Part shown: one piece after another, positions 31,546 to 40,471 of the stretch
Position numbering within the stretch: position 1 is the stretch's first letter
How the letters are laid out: each line of letters opens with the position of its first letter
Source: Longimicrobiales bacterium
GTDB taxonomy: Bacteria; Gemmatimonadota; Gemmatimonadetes; Longimicrobiales; Gaopeijiaceae
DNA: 64,000 nt
Direction: 5' to 3'
Assembly (NCBI GenBank): GCA_965218295.1
Contig: CBDCKN010000009.1
Span: 288,001-352,000, forward strand
The notes under the pieces: generated by a model
Seen by the model: only the letters and a program-made list of their open reading frames with translations
What the model was told of the DNA's origin: nothing
The model's database searches: none
Translations under genes and position numbers: made by a program

Positions 31546-32436
31546 CTACCCGCCTCCGCCCAGGTTGCGCATCAGGGGGATGCCGCCCTCGGTGGGCACG
31601 TATACCACGGACCCCCCGGGGAGCTCAGCGAGTTGTTCGATGTAGTAGAACATCAGGTACTCGGGCGTGAGACCCGTGGAGATGATCCTCTGCGCCTCGG
31701 CGATCCCCTTGGCCTCTTCGATCTGCTGCCGCGCCCGCTCCTGGATGATCTCCGTCTGGAATTTCTCGGCTGCCACGTTCTGCTCGCGCTGGAGCTTCTC
31801 GTCGATGGCCTGGCGCACGGCCGCCGGCGCCTGCACGTCCCTGAGGAAGACCTCCACGACCTCGATGCGGTCCCCGGCCTTCTCCTGGATGGCCAGCTTC
31901 ATGGCGGTGGCGACCTCGCGACGGTCGGGGGAGAAGATCTGGTTGATAGACTTGGTGGCCACCGCGTCGCGGACGCCGTTGCGGATGGCGTTCAGGACGA
32001 TGCTCCTCTTGATCTGGAGCTCCGAGCCGATGCGGTCGAACAGGTCGGGGGCCTTGGCCGGATCGATCCTGAAGAGGAGCGATACCTCCATGGCCACGTT
32101 CATCTGCTCGCTCGTCTGGGCCTCGATCTGCTCCACGCCTTGGCCCCCAGGAAAGCTCTGCTCCCGGACGGACATCTTCTCTACCGTGGCCAGCGGATTG
32201 ATGACGTGAACTCCCTGCTCCAGCGGCGTGCGATCGACCTGCCCCAGGAAGTGCTTCACGCCTACCTCTCCGACGCCGATGACGACCACGGCGTTCAGGC
32301 CCGCGGCGGCGATGCCGCCCAACATCAGTCCGTAGCCGAGGAGCTTCGACTTGCCCCTGTCCCCCACGGACGGTCCCACCACGAGCACGGCCGCACCCGC
32401 GACGATGATGAGTATGGCTAGCATCATGGATGCCAT
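31546..32436 (-). CDS. SPFH/prohibitin family protein
   Basis: N-terminal TMs, GEVGV...GVHVINP, coiled-coil EAKGIAEA. Confidence 0.88.
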   Translation of the reverse strand: MASMMLAILIIVAGAAVLVVGPSVGDRGKSKLLGYGLMLGGIAAAGLNAVVVIGVGEVGVKHFLGQVDRTPLEQGVHVINPLATVEKMSVREQSFPGGQGVEQIEAQTSEQMNVAMEVSLLFRIDPAKAPDLFDRIGSELQIKRSIVLNAIRNGVRDAVATKSINQIFSPDRREVATAMKLAIQEKAGDRIEVVEVFLRDVQAPAAVRQAIDEKLQREQNVAAEKFQTEIIQERARQQIEEAKGIAEAQRIISTGLTPEYLMFYYIEQLAELPGGSVVYVPTEGGIPLMRNLGGGG

Positions 32437-32620
32437 GAGAATCCTCCTATGGACGAAGAGTTGGTGCTCTCGGTAACAGGTGGGCTGTTTTTCTTGCCCT
32501 CTCCAGAGGTACGAGCGCCGACGGCTGCCTCTTTAAGGCGCGACGGTGACTGATAATGTACGCCTGCCATCCTCTGTGAGTAGCCTTGTTAAGGGATGAC
32601 GTCCGACCCATCGTCCGCGC

Positions 32621-33925
32621 ATGCCACTGACTCAGCTGCTCTATCGGACCCTGCTTCGGGGCTTCAGGGTCGTTTCTCCGACGATGATGTGGGGGTCTTC
32701 CAAGCTCTCCCGCGGGCTCCGTGGGCGACGGAATGCACACGGCACCCTCATCGCATGGGGCGACACGGCGCGCGACCGATCCCGACCCGTGGTCTGGCTC
32801 CACGCCTCCTCCGTGGGTGAGGCCCTCCAGGCCAGGGCCGTCCTGGAGGCCCTCAGGGAGCGAACCCCCGACTTCCAGGCTGTGTTCACGTTCTTCTCGC
32901 CCTCGGCCGAAGCTCTGGCCGAGCGCTTCCCGGCCGATGTCTCGGCCTACCTCCCCTGGGATCTGCCCGAGGTCATGGGCAAGGTCCTGGATGCCGTGCG
33001 TCCTTCGCTCGTCCTGTTCACCCAGAAGGAGGTATGGCCCTCGTTCGCGGGGGCGGCGGCGGATCGGGGAGTTCCGGTGGTCTTGGTGGCGGCGACACTG
33101 CGGGCCGCTGCGGGACGGCTCAGCCGGTCGGGGAGGGTGCTGCTGGGCCCGGCATTTCGTCGCCTCGACTGCGTAGCGGCTATCTCGGCGGCCGACGGTG
33201 AGCGCTTCCAGCTGCTCCAGGTCCCTCGCGATCGCATCGTCGTGACCGGAGATCCAGGGGTCGACTCCGCCTGTGGCCGGGTGGCTGCCGCGGACCCGGA
33301 AGCCTCGCACCTCAGGCTCTTCCAGGATGGGTCGGGACCGGTCCTCGTGGCCGGGTCCACCTGGGGTTCCGACGAGGACGTTCTGATCCCCGCTCTGGCC
33401 CGCATCCGTCGTGGTAGGCCCGATTTCCGAATCGTCCTGGCACCCCACGAGCCGAGGGGGTGGGACTTCGAGGGCCTTCGTACGCGCTTGTCCGCGGAAG
33501 GGTGGTCGCCGACGCTCTTGAAGGAGGCCGAAGATCGGGGTCGACTGGACGGCGCCGACGCCGTGCTGGTGGAGCGGGTAGGGGTTCTGGCCGAGCTCTA
33601 CACCGTGGCGTCCATGGCCTATGTGGGCGGAGGCTTCCACGGCCACGGCCTCCACTCCGTCCTCGAGCCGGCCGCTGCCAGCGTGCCCGTGCTCTTCGGG
33701 CCGCGGCACCAGAACTCCCTTGCGGCGTCACATCTGCTTGCATGCGGGGGAGCCAGGACGGTGTCCGACGTCGATGCCCTCGTCGCTGCCATCGAGGAGT
33801 GGCTCGAGGACCCCGAGAAACTTCAGAGGGACGGTCGGCGGGCCTTGGACTATATTGAGGAGCATCGGGGGGCGGCCGGCCGAACGGCGGATCTGCTCGC
33901 CGAACGCTTCCCGGAGCAACCGTGA
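32621..33925 (+). CDS. waaA: 3-deoxy-D-manno-octulosonic acid transferase
   Basis: WLHASSVGE, YLPWD, VAGSTW, AYVGGGF...HSVLEPAA. Confidence 0.9.
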   Translation: MPLTQLLYRTLLRGFRVVSPTMMWGSSKLSRGLRGRRNAHGTLIAWGDTARDRSRPVVWLHASSVGEALQARAVLEALRERTPDFQAVFTFFSPSAEALAERFPADVSAYLPWDLPEVMGKVLDAVRPSLVLFTQKEVWPSFAGAAADRGVPVVLVAATLRAAAGRLSRSGRVLLGPAFRRLDCVAAISAADGERFQLLQVPRDRIVVTGDPGVDSACGRVAAADPEASHLRLFQDGSGPVLVAGSTWGSDEDVLIPALARIRRGRPDFRIVLAPHEPRGWDFEGLRTRLSAEGWSPTLLKEAEDRGRLDGADAVLVERVGVLAELYTVASMAYVGGGFHGHGLHSVLEPAAASVPVLFGPRHQNSLAASHLLACGGARTVSDVDALVAAIEEWLEDPEKLQRDGRRALDYIEEHRGAAGRTADLLAERFPEQP

Positions 33926-35520
33926 CGAGGAGCTCCTCGCGGAGGACAGGCCGCATTTTGCCAACGAATCGCCTGCCGCCGCTCATGGCGGTGATGGCCA
34001 TCCTCATGGTCTCCTGTTTCGGCGAGTCCCCACCCGCTTCGGACGGTGAGGGGCGCACGGCCGATCCTCCCGTCGCTACGGAGGCGCGGGAGCCTGACGC
34101 ACCGCCATCGGCCACCTCCGAATCCGAGCTTCCACCGCCTCCCGGATCCTGGATGGATGTTGAGGCGAGCGTGGTGGCCACCGAGGGTGGCTCGGGCGAT
34201 GCGGGTAGCGCTCCCCGCGCGCAGGGAGCCGATGCGGACGGGCCCAACTCGACGGGCGAGCCGGATGCGACCGACGAGCCCCAGGAAGTCCAGACGTTTC
34301 CGGCCCCCACGGCGACCACCGGCGAGGGGAGCCCTGTCGCCCGGCTGGTCCTCCCGGAGGAGCCGCTGCGCTTCACCAGGCCGGAGGCCGTACGCGGCAT
34401 CTACCTGAACGCGTGGGCCGCCGGGTCCCACCTGCGCTCCCAGAAGCTCATCGATCTCGCGAAGCGGACCGAGCTCAACGCCTTCGTCATCGACCTCAAG
34501 GATGCGACGGGCTACGTGAGCCACCCGACCCAGGTGATGTTCGCCCGGGAGGTGGGAGCCGATCAGGAGATCCGCATTCGAGACCTGGTCGGGCTTCTCG
34601 AGCGGCTCCATGAGGCCCACATCTATCCCATCGCCCGGATCGTCATCGTCAAGGACGCCCTCCTCATCGGCGCTCGCCCGGATCTGGCCGTGCAGGACAC
34701 GGCCGGCGGCGTCTGGGTGGACGACAAGGGCCTGATCTGGGCCAATCTCTACAACCGCGCCGTCTGGGACTACCACGTGGCCTTGGCCAAGGAAGCCGCC
34801 GCTGTAGGCTTCCCGGAGATCCAATGGGATTACGTGCGCTTCCCCGACGCGCCCGAGGAAGAGCTGAACCGGGCCTGGTATCCGGGGCGGGGCACGCGAA
34901 CGCGAACCATGACGGTCCGGGAATTCCTGGAGTACGCCCGTCAGGAGCTGGCGGAGTGGGACGTTAAACTGACCGCCGACGTCTTCGGCGTTTCCACCTC
35001 CGCCCACACCGACGTCGGCATCGGCCAGCTCTGGGAGGACTTCATCGGGGCGGTCGACGTCGCCCTCCCCATGGTGTACCCATCCCACTACTGGGTCGGC
35101 AGCTTCGACATCGAAGATCCCAACGGTCACCCGTACGAGGTGGTGCTCGAGGCCCTCAGGGACGGGGTCAAGCGCTCCGCCGAGATCGAGGGCGCGGGAG
35201 CGACCCGCCCCTGGCTCCAGGACTTCACCCTGGGAGCGCCCACCTACGGAGCACCGGAGGTCCGAGCCCAGATCCAGGCTACTTACGACGCGGGCATCGA
35301 TGAGTGGATCCTGTGGAATCCCTCGAGCCAGTACAGCGAGGCTGCCCTCGCTCCTGCGGGCGGCTACCCCGACGGCACCGAGCCCACCATCAGGGTTGGG
35401 GGCAAGATCGTCGCGGTCTCGGAGCGTGCCGCCGCCATGGAGGCGGGGCGGATAGCCCGTGCTGCAGCAGACAGCGTGGCGAACGTCACGGCCGAAGACA
35501 CGGTGGGGATCCAGCGCTGA
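33922..35520 (+). CDS. putative glycoside hydrolase DUF4015 lipoprotein
   Basis: VRGIY, VIDLKD, EIQWDYVRFP, PMVYPSH, RPWLQDF, WILWN. Confidence 0.85.
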   Translation: MTRSSSRRTGRILPTNRLPPLMAVMAILMVSCFGESPPASDGEGRTADPPVATEAREPDAPPSATSESELPPPPGSWMDVEASVVATEGGSGDAGSAPRAQGADADGPNSTGEPDATDEPQEVQTFPAPTATTGEGSPVARLVLPEEPLRFTRPEAVRGIYLNAWAAGSHLRSQKLIDLAKRTELNAFVIDLKDATGYVSHPTQVMFAREVGADQEIRIRDLVGLLERLHEAHIYPIARIVIVKDALLIGARPDLAVQDTAGGVWVDDKGLIWANLYNRAVWDYHVALAKEAAAVGFPEIQWDYVRFPDAPEEELNRAWYPGRGTRTRTMTVREFLEYARQELAEWDVKLTADVFGVSTSAHTDVGIGQLWEDFIGAVDVALPMVYPSHYWVGSFDIEDPNGHPYEVVLEALRDGVKRSAEIEGAGATRPWLQDFTLGAPTYGAPEVRAQIQATYDAGIDEWILWNPSSQYSEAALAPAGGYPDGTEPTIRVGGKIVAVSERAAAMEAGRIARAAADSVANVTAEDTVGIQR

Positions 35521-35522
35521 CG

Positions 35523-35688
35523 TAGTGTGGTGTCCCAGAAGTGTCTCGGCCATTCGAGCACCGATGCATCCGGCCCTGCGGCGTTCCTCCTCCTCGAAAT
35601 AGCGTTGCTATTCCTCGTCGTCGCGCCTTGCAGGATCCGGCGCCTCGGCACTCTCGGTGGCTCGCGAACTTCTGGCACACCACACTAG
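35523..35688. repeat. ~165-bp nested-palindrome element (MITE/REP-like), full copy A
   Basis: Terminal IRs TAGTGTGGTGTCCCAGAAGT / ACTTCTGGCACACCACACTA (19/20), internal hairpin AATAGC-gtt-GCTATT. Confidence 0.9.
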
Positions 35689-37502
35689 GATCCGGCGGCG
35701 GACAGGCTCCTTGCGAACTGTAGCTCGTGGAGCCGGGCGTAGAGGCCCTCCCTCTCGAGCAGCTCCTCGTGGCTGCCCTCCTCACAGAGCTCCCCATGAT
35801 GGAGAACGATGATGCGGTCGGCTCCCTGAACGGTGGAGAGTCGGTGGGCGATCACCACCGATGTCCGTCCCGCCATGAGCTCGTTGGTGGCCCGCTCGAT
35901 CTGGACCTCGATCTCCGAGTCCACCGAGCTGGTGGCCTCGTCGAGGATCAGAACCTGTGGATCGAAAGCCAGGGCACGGGCGAAGGATACGAGCTGGCGC
36001 TCGCCCACCGAGAGCGTCGAGCCCCTCTCTCCCAGCTCCTGGTCGTATCCGTTGGGCAGGCGCGCGATGAAGGGCGCGGCGCCGATGCGCTCGGCGGCCG
36101 CCCGAATACGCTCCTCCGAGATGTCGCTCGCTCCGAGGCGGATGTTGTAGGACACGTCCTGGCTGAAGAGGAAGATGTCCTGGAGGACAAGGCCGATATG
36201 GGACCGCAGCTCCTCCAGCCCGATCTCCTCGATGGGCACCCCATCCAGGCGAATCCGGCCTCTCTGCGGCTCGTAGAAGCGCATGAGGAGATGGATGAGC
36301 GTTGTCTTGCCCGCTCCCGTGTGGCCCACGATGGCGAGGCGCTCCCCGGGCCTGGCCTGGAAGCTGACGCCCTCGAGGACCCAGTCCCACTCGTCGTCCT
36401 CGTCTTTGCCATAGGCGAACCAGACGTCCTCGAAGTCGATCTGGCCCTGGACGGGCGTGGGGAGCGGGGTCGGCACCGCCGTGTCGGCGATCTCGATGTC
36501 GCGGTCCAGCAACTTGAAGATCCGTTCCGACGAGGCCATGGCCCCCTGGAGCAGGTTGTACTTCTCCGAGAGGTCCTGGATGGGACGGAAGAAGCGACGG
36601 GCGTACTGCAGAAAGGCCGCCAGCACGCCCACCGTCACGGTCCCCTGAAGGATCGACCCTCCCCCCCGCCAGATGATCAGGGCCAGGGCGATGGCCGTGA
36701 AGAGCTCGATGACGGGGAAGAAGAGGGCGTAGTACGTTATGGAGCGCAGGTGCGCGTCCAGGTAGTCCTGGTTGATCTCGGCGTGCCTGCGGGCGTCGGC
36801 CTCTTCGCGGTTGAAGAGCCTCACGACCGCGATCCCGGTGAAGCGCTCGTGCAGGTACGAGTTGAGGAGGGCCAGCCGCAACCGGATGTCGCGGTATGCG
36901 GCACGGATCTTGGCTCGGAAGAGGAAAGCGGTCAAAGCGACGAAAGGCAGGACGCTGAAGGTCACCAGGGCGAGCTTCCAGTCCATGTATAGCATGGCGG
37001 CCAGGATGAACGCCAGCGTAAAGACGTCTCCGAACACTGCCACCACGCCCGAGCTGAAGAGCTCGTTCAGCGTCTCGACGTCGCTGGTGATACGGGTCAT
37101 GAGGCGGCCCACCGGATTCCGGTCGTAGAAGCGCAGGTCCAGGCGCTGGAGCTTGGCGAAGATCTCCGTCCGGAGGTCGTACATGACCCGCTGGCCCAGC
37201 CAGGTGGTGAGGACCGTCTGCCCGTACATGAGGGAGGCGCCGCCGATGATGGCGGCCACGTACGCTCCTGCCAGCTTGGCCAGCAGCGGGGCGTCGCCGT
37301 TGGGGATGGCTTCGTCCAAGGCGATCTTTGTGAGCCACGGACCCACCACCTGCAGGAGCGACGCGACCATCAGAACTGCAACGGCCAGGACGACGTACCA
37401 CCGGTAGAGCTTCAGGTACTCCAGGAGCCGCTTCATCAGGCGGGCGTCGTACGCCTTCCCCAGCGCCTCCTCTTCCTGGTAGGGTCCCTGCGGTCCCTGC
37501 AC
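35685..37502 (-). CDS. ABC exporter, fused permease/ATPase (MsbA/Sav1866-like)
   Basis: TM domain, GHTGAGKTT, LSVGERQ, ILDEAT, IAHRLST; GTG start behind GGAGG RBS. Confidence 0.93.
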   Translation of the reverse strand: MQGPQGPYQEEEALGKAYDARLMKRLLEYLKLYRWYVVLAVAVLMVASLLQVVGPWLTKIALDEAIPNGDAPLLAKLAGAYVAAIIGGASLMYGQTVLTTWLGQRVMYDLRTEIFAKLQRLDLRFYDRNPVGRLMTRITSDVETLNELFSSGVVAVFGDVFTLAFILAAMLYMDWKLALVTFSVLPFVALTAFLFRAKIRAAYRDIRLRLALLNSYLHERFTGIAVVRLFNREEADARRHAEINQDYLDAHLRSITYYALFFPVIELFTAIALALIIWRGGGSILQGTVTVGVLAAFLQYARRFFRPIQDLSEKYNLLQGAMASSERIFKLLDRDIEIADTAVPTPLPTPVQGQIDFEDVWFAYGKDEDDEWDWVLEGVSFQARPGERLAIVGHTGAGKTTLIHLLMRFYEPQRGRIRLDGVPIEEIGLEELRSHIGLVLQDIFLFSQDVSYNIRLGASDISEERIRAAAERIGAAPFIARLPNGYDQELGERGSTLSVGERQLVSFARALAFDPQVLILDEATSSVDSEIEVQIERATNELMAGRTSVVIAHRLSTVQGADRIIVLHHGELCEEGSHEELLEREGLYARLHELQFARSLSAAGS

Positions 37503-37605
37503 TCGTCCTCCCTCCTGGCCCTGGTGGGGGGCGGGGTGAGGGGTTCGGCCTACCCGGTGTCGGGAGGCTAGTTCCACGGTTCGGCCGACTCCGTTAGTGT
37601 CACCT

Positions 37606-40446
37606 ATGGACGATTGGATTCGCATCCGGGGGGCGCGTCAGCATAACCTCAAGAACCTGGACATCGATCTTCCGCGGCGTGCCCTCACCGTCATCACGGG
37701 GCCCTCGGGGTCGGGCAAGTCCTCCCTGGCCCTCGACACCCTCTTCGCCGAGGGGCAGCGACGCTACGTGGAGTCCCTCTCGACGTACGCCAAGCAATTC
37801 CTGGACAGGATGGAGAAGCCCGACGTCGACTCCATCGAGGGCATCTCGCCCGCCGTGGCCATCGAGCAGAAGAACCCCACCAAGTCGAGCCGGTCTACGG
37901 TGGGGACGGCCACAGAGGTGTACGACTACTTGAGGCTCCTGTGGGCACGGGTCGGCCGAACCTACTGCCCCGAGTGCGGCGAGCAGGTCCGTCCCGACAC
38001 GGTGACCAGCGCGGTGGACGGCGTCCTCGAGCTCCCCGAGGGCTCCAAGATCCAGGTGACCTTCCCCCTCAAGCTCAGCGGTCGGGTCAATCACGCCCTG
38101 GTGGTGGATAACCTCCGGGCTCTGGGCTTCATGCGGCTCCTCGCGGACGGGCAGCTGGTGGACCTGAGCACCGCTGATGCAGGGGATCGGGACGATGTCG
38201 GCATCGACGTCACCCAGGTAGCCGACCCGCTGGTGGTGGTGGACCGGCTCACCGCCGGGCAGGAGGAGCGCGATCGCCTCGCGGACTCCCTGGCAACTTG
38301 CTTCGCCGAGGGAGAGGGTGTGGCCGTAGTGCTCATGCACGACCCGTCGGACGGGGGCGTGGTAGGCCGCCTGGTGTTCACCGAGCACTTCCGCTGTGCC
38401 AATCACCCGGAGATCGAGTTCTTCAACCCGACGCCGAAGCTCTTCTCCTTCAACAACCCCTACGGATCCTGTCCAACCTGCACGGGCTTCGGTGCCACGC
38501 TGGACTACGACGTCGATCTCATCGTGCCCAACCTCCAGCGCTCCATCGACGAAGGGGCAGTGGATCCCTGGACCAAGCCACGGTATCACAAGGAGCGCGA
38601 GCAGCTCCGCTCGTATACGCTGTCGCGGGGGATGTCCCTCTACAGCCCGTGGAAGGAACTCCCTGAGGACTTCAGGGAGGAGGTGCTCTACGGGGCCGAG
38701 GACTTCAAGGGCGTGATCCCCTTTCTCATCTCCCGGGAGCGGAAGCGCTACAAGCAATACATCCGCGTGTTCCTCCGCCAGTACCAGAGTCCACAGACGT
38801 GCCGCTCGTGCCAGGGCGCCCGCATCCAGCCCAAGGCGCTCCACATCAGGATTGCCGGGCGCTCCATCGCCGACGTGAGCCGGCTCCCCATGGAGGACCT
38901 CCAGGCGTGGGTCCTCGGCCTGGAGCTCACCGCCATGGAAACCCAGATCGCCGAGACGATCCTCCGGGAGCTCAGGGCCCGGCTGGCGTTCCTGGTGGAC
39001 GTGGGCCTCGGATACGTCTCTCTGGATCGGCAGATGAGGACCCTGTCCGGGGGTGAGGCCCAGCGCATCAACCTCGCCAACTCACTGGGGGCGCGACTCG
39101 TTGACACCCTCTACGTGCTGGACGAGCCCACGGTAGGTCTGCACCCCAAGGACACCACGGCGCTTCTCCTCCTCCTGGGCCAGCTGCGGGACGCCGGAAA
39201 CACCGTTCTCGTGGTGGAGCACGATCCCATGGCCATCCGGGATGCGGACCACATCCTGGAGCTGGGGCCGGCAGCCGGGGAGAAGGGCGGGAACGTCGTC
39301 TTCGAGGGCACGCCCCAGGAGCTAGCCCGAGCCGAGAGCGCCACGGGACTCTATATCTCCGGCCGTGCCGAGATTCCGGTGCCGGAGTCGCGGCGTCCGG
39401 TGGACGGGGCGCGACTCACGCTCCGTGGCGGGCGCCTGCACAATCTCCAGGGGGTCGATGTGGAGATTCCTCTGGAGGCCATGACCGTGGTCACCGGCGT
39501 CTCGGGCTCGGGCAAGTCCACCCTCGTGCACGACGTCCTGTACCGGGCTCTTGAGCGGGAGCTCAAGGGGGGTGAGACGAGTGCCAAGGAGCATCTGGGC
39601 CAGTCTGTCGGGGAGTTCGAGTCGTTGGAGGGTGTGAGCTCCCTGGACGACGTGGTGCTCGTGGACCAGTCACCCATCGGCCGCACGCCCCGCTCCAATC
39701 CAGTGACCTACATCAAGGCGTGGGACGAGGTCCGGAGGATCTTCGCCTCCCAGCCCCTTGCTCGTGACCGGCGCTACAACGCCGGCCACTTCTCGTTCAA
39801 TGTGGCGGGGGGCCGGTGTGAGGAGTGCAAGGGTGCGGGGCGATTGGAGGTCGAGATGATCTTCATGGCCGACGTCTACGTGCTGTGCGACGTGTGCCAC
39901 GGGACCCGCTACAAGAGCGAGATGCTCGACGTCCGGTTCAAGGGACGGAACGTGGCCGAGGTTCTGGAGCTGACCGTGGATGAGGCCATTCGGTTCTTCA
40001 TCCGCCAGGACAAGCTGGGCCAGATGCTCTGGCATCTCCAGCAGGTGGGCCTGGGGTACCTGCGGCTGGGGCAGCCGGCACCGACCCTGTCCGGCGGAGA
40101 GGCGCAGCGGCTCAAGATCGCACGGGAGCTCGCCGGCGTGGCCGGCCGAAAAGGGCGGAAGCTCTACATCCTGGACGAGCCCACGGTGGGGCTTTCCGGA
40201 GAAGACGTGCGAAAGCTCCTCGGGGTGTTGAACCGCCTGGTCGACGCCGGGAACGCGGTGGTGGTCATCGAGCACAACCTCGAGGTGGTGAAGACGGCAG
40301 ACTGGGTCATCGACCTGGGACCGGGGGCCGGGATCCAGGGTGGGCAGATCGTGGCCATGGGGCGTCCCGAGGACCTGGCCTCCGTGCCGGAGAGCGCCAC
40401 GGGTCAGTACCTGGCGGAGGTGCTCCCGGGGGCGAAGGTCGGCTAG
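37606..40446 (+). CDS. uvrA: excinuclease ABC subunit A
   Basis: GARQHNLKN, two Walker A (GPSGSGKSS, GVSGSGKST), zinc fingers, LSGGEAQR twice. Confidence 0.97.
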   Translation: MDDWIRIRGARQHNLKNLDIDLPRRALTVITGPSGSGKSSLALDTLFAEGQRRYVESLSTYAKQFLDRMEKPDVDSIEGISPAVAIEQKNPTKSSRSTVGTATEVYDYLRLLWARVGRTYCPECGEQVRPDTVTSAVDGVLELPEGSKIQVTFPLKLSGRVNHALVVDNLRALGFMRLLADGQLVDLSTADAGDRDDVGIDVTQVADPLVVVDRLTAGQEERDRLADSLATCFAEGEGVAVVLMHDPSDGGVVGRLVFTEHFRCANHPEIEFFNPTPKLFSFNNPYGSCPTCTGFGATLDYDVDLIVPNLQRSIDEGAVDPWTKPRYHKEREQLRSYTLSRGMSLYSPWKELPEDFREEVLYGAEDFKGVIPFLISRERKRYKQYIRVFLRQYQSPQTCRSCQGARIQPKALHIRIAGRSIADVSRLPMEDLQAWVLGLELTAMETQIAETILRELRARLAFLVDVGLGYVSLDRQMRTLSGGEAQRINLANSLGARLVDTLYVLDEPTVGLHPKDTTALLLLLGQLRDAGNTVLVVEHDPMAIRDADHILELGPAAGEKGGNVVFEGTPQELARAESATGLYISGRAEIPVPESRRPVDGARLTLRGGRLHNLQGVDVEIPLEAMTVVTGVSGSGKSTLVHDVLYRALERELKGGETSAKEHLGQSVGEFESLEGVSSLDDVVLVDQSPIGRTPRSNPVTYIKAWDEVRRIFASQPLARDRRYNAGHFSFNVAGGRCEECKGAGRLEVEMIFMADVYVLCDVCHGTRYKSEMLDVRFKGRNVAEVLELTVDEAIRFFIRQDKLGQMLWHLQQVGLGYLRLGQPAPTLSGGEAQRLKIARELAGVAGRKGRKLYILDEPTVGLSGEDVRKLLGVLNRLVDAGNAVVVIEHNLEVVKTADWVIDLGPGAGIQGGQIVAMGRPEDLASVPESATGQYLAEVLPGAKVG

Positions 40447-40471
40447 TGTGGTGTCCCAGAAGTGTCTCGGC
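40443..40471. repeat. left-end-only copy of the palindromic element
   Basis: CTAGTGTGGTGTCCCAGAAGTGTCTCGGC, matching copy A left end over 28 nt. Confidence 0.88.

Noticed and set aside
37540..37590. LexA box upstream of uvrA
   Set aside because: GTTC repeats are present but not with a spacing I recognise; the GGTTCGGCC duplicate is too short to support.
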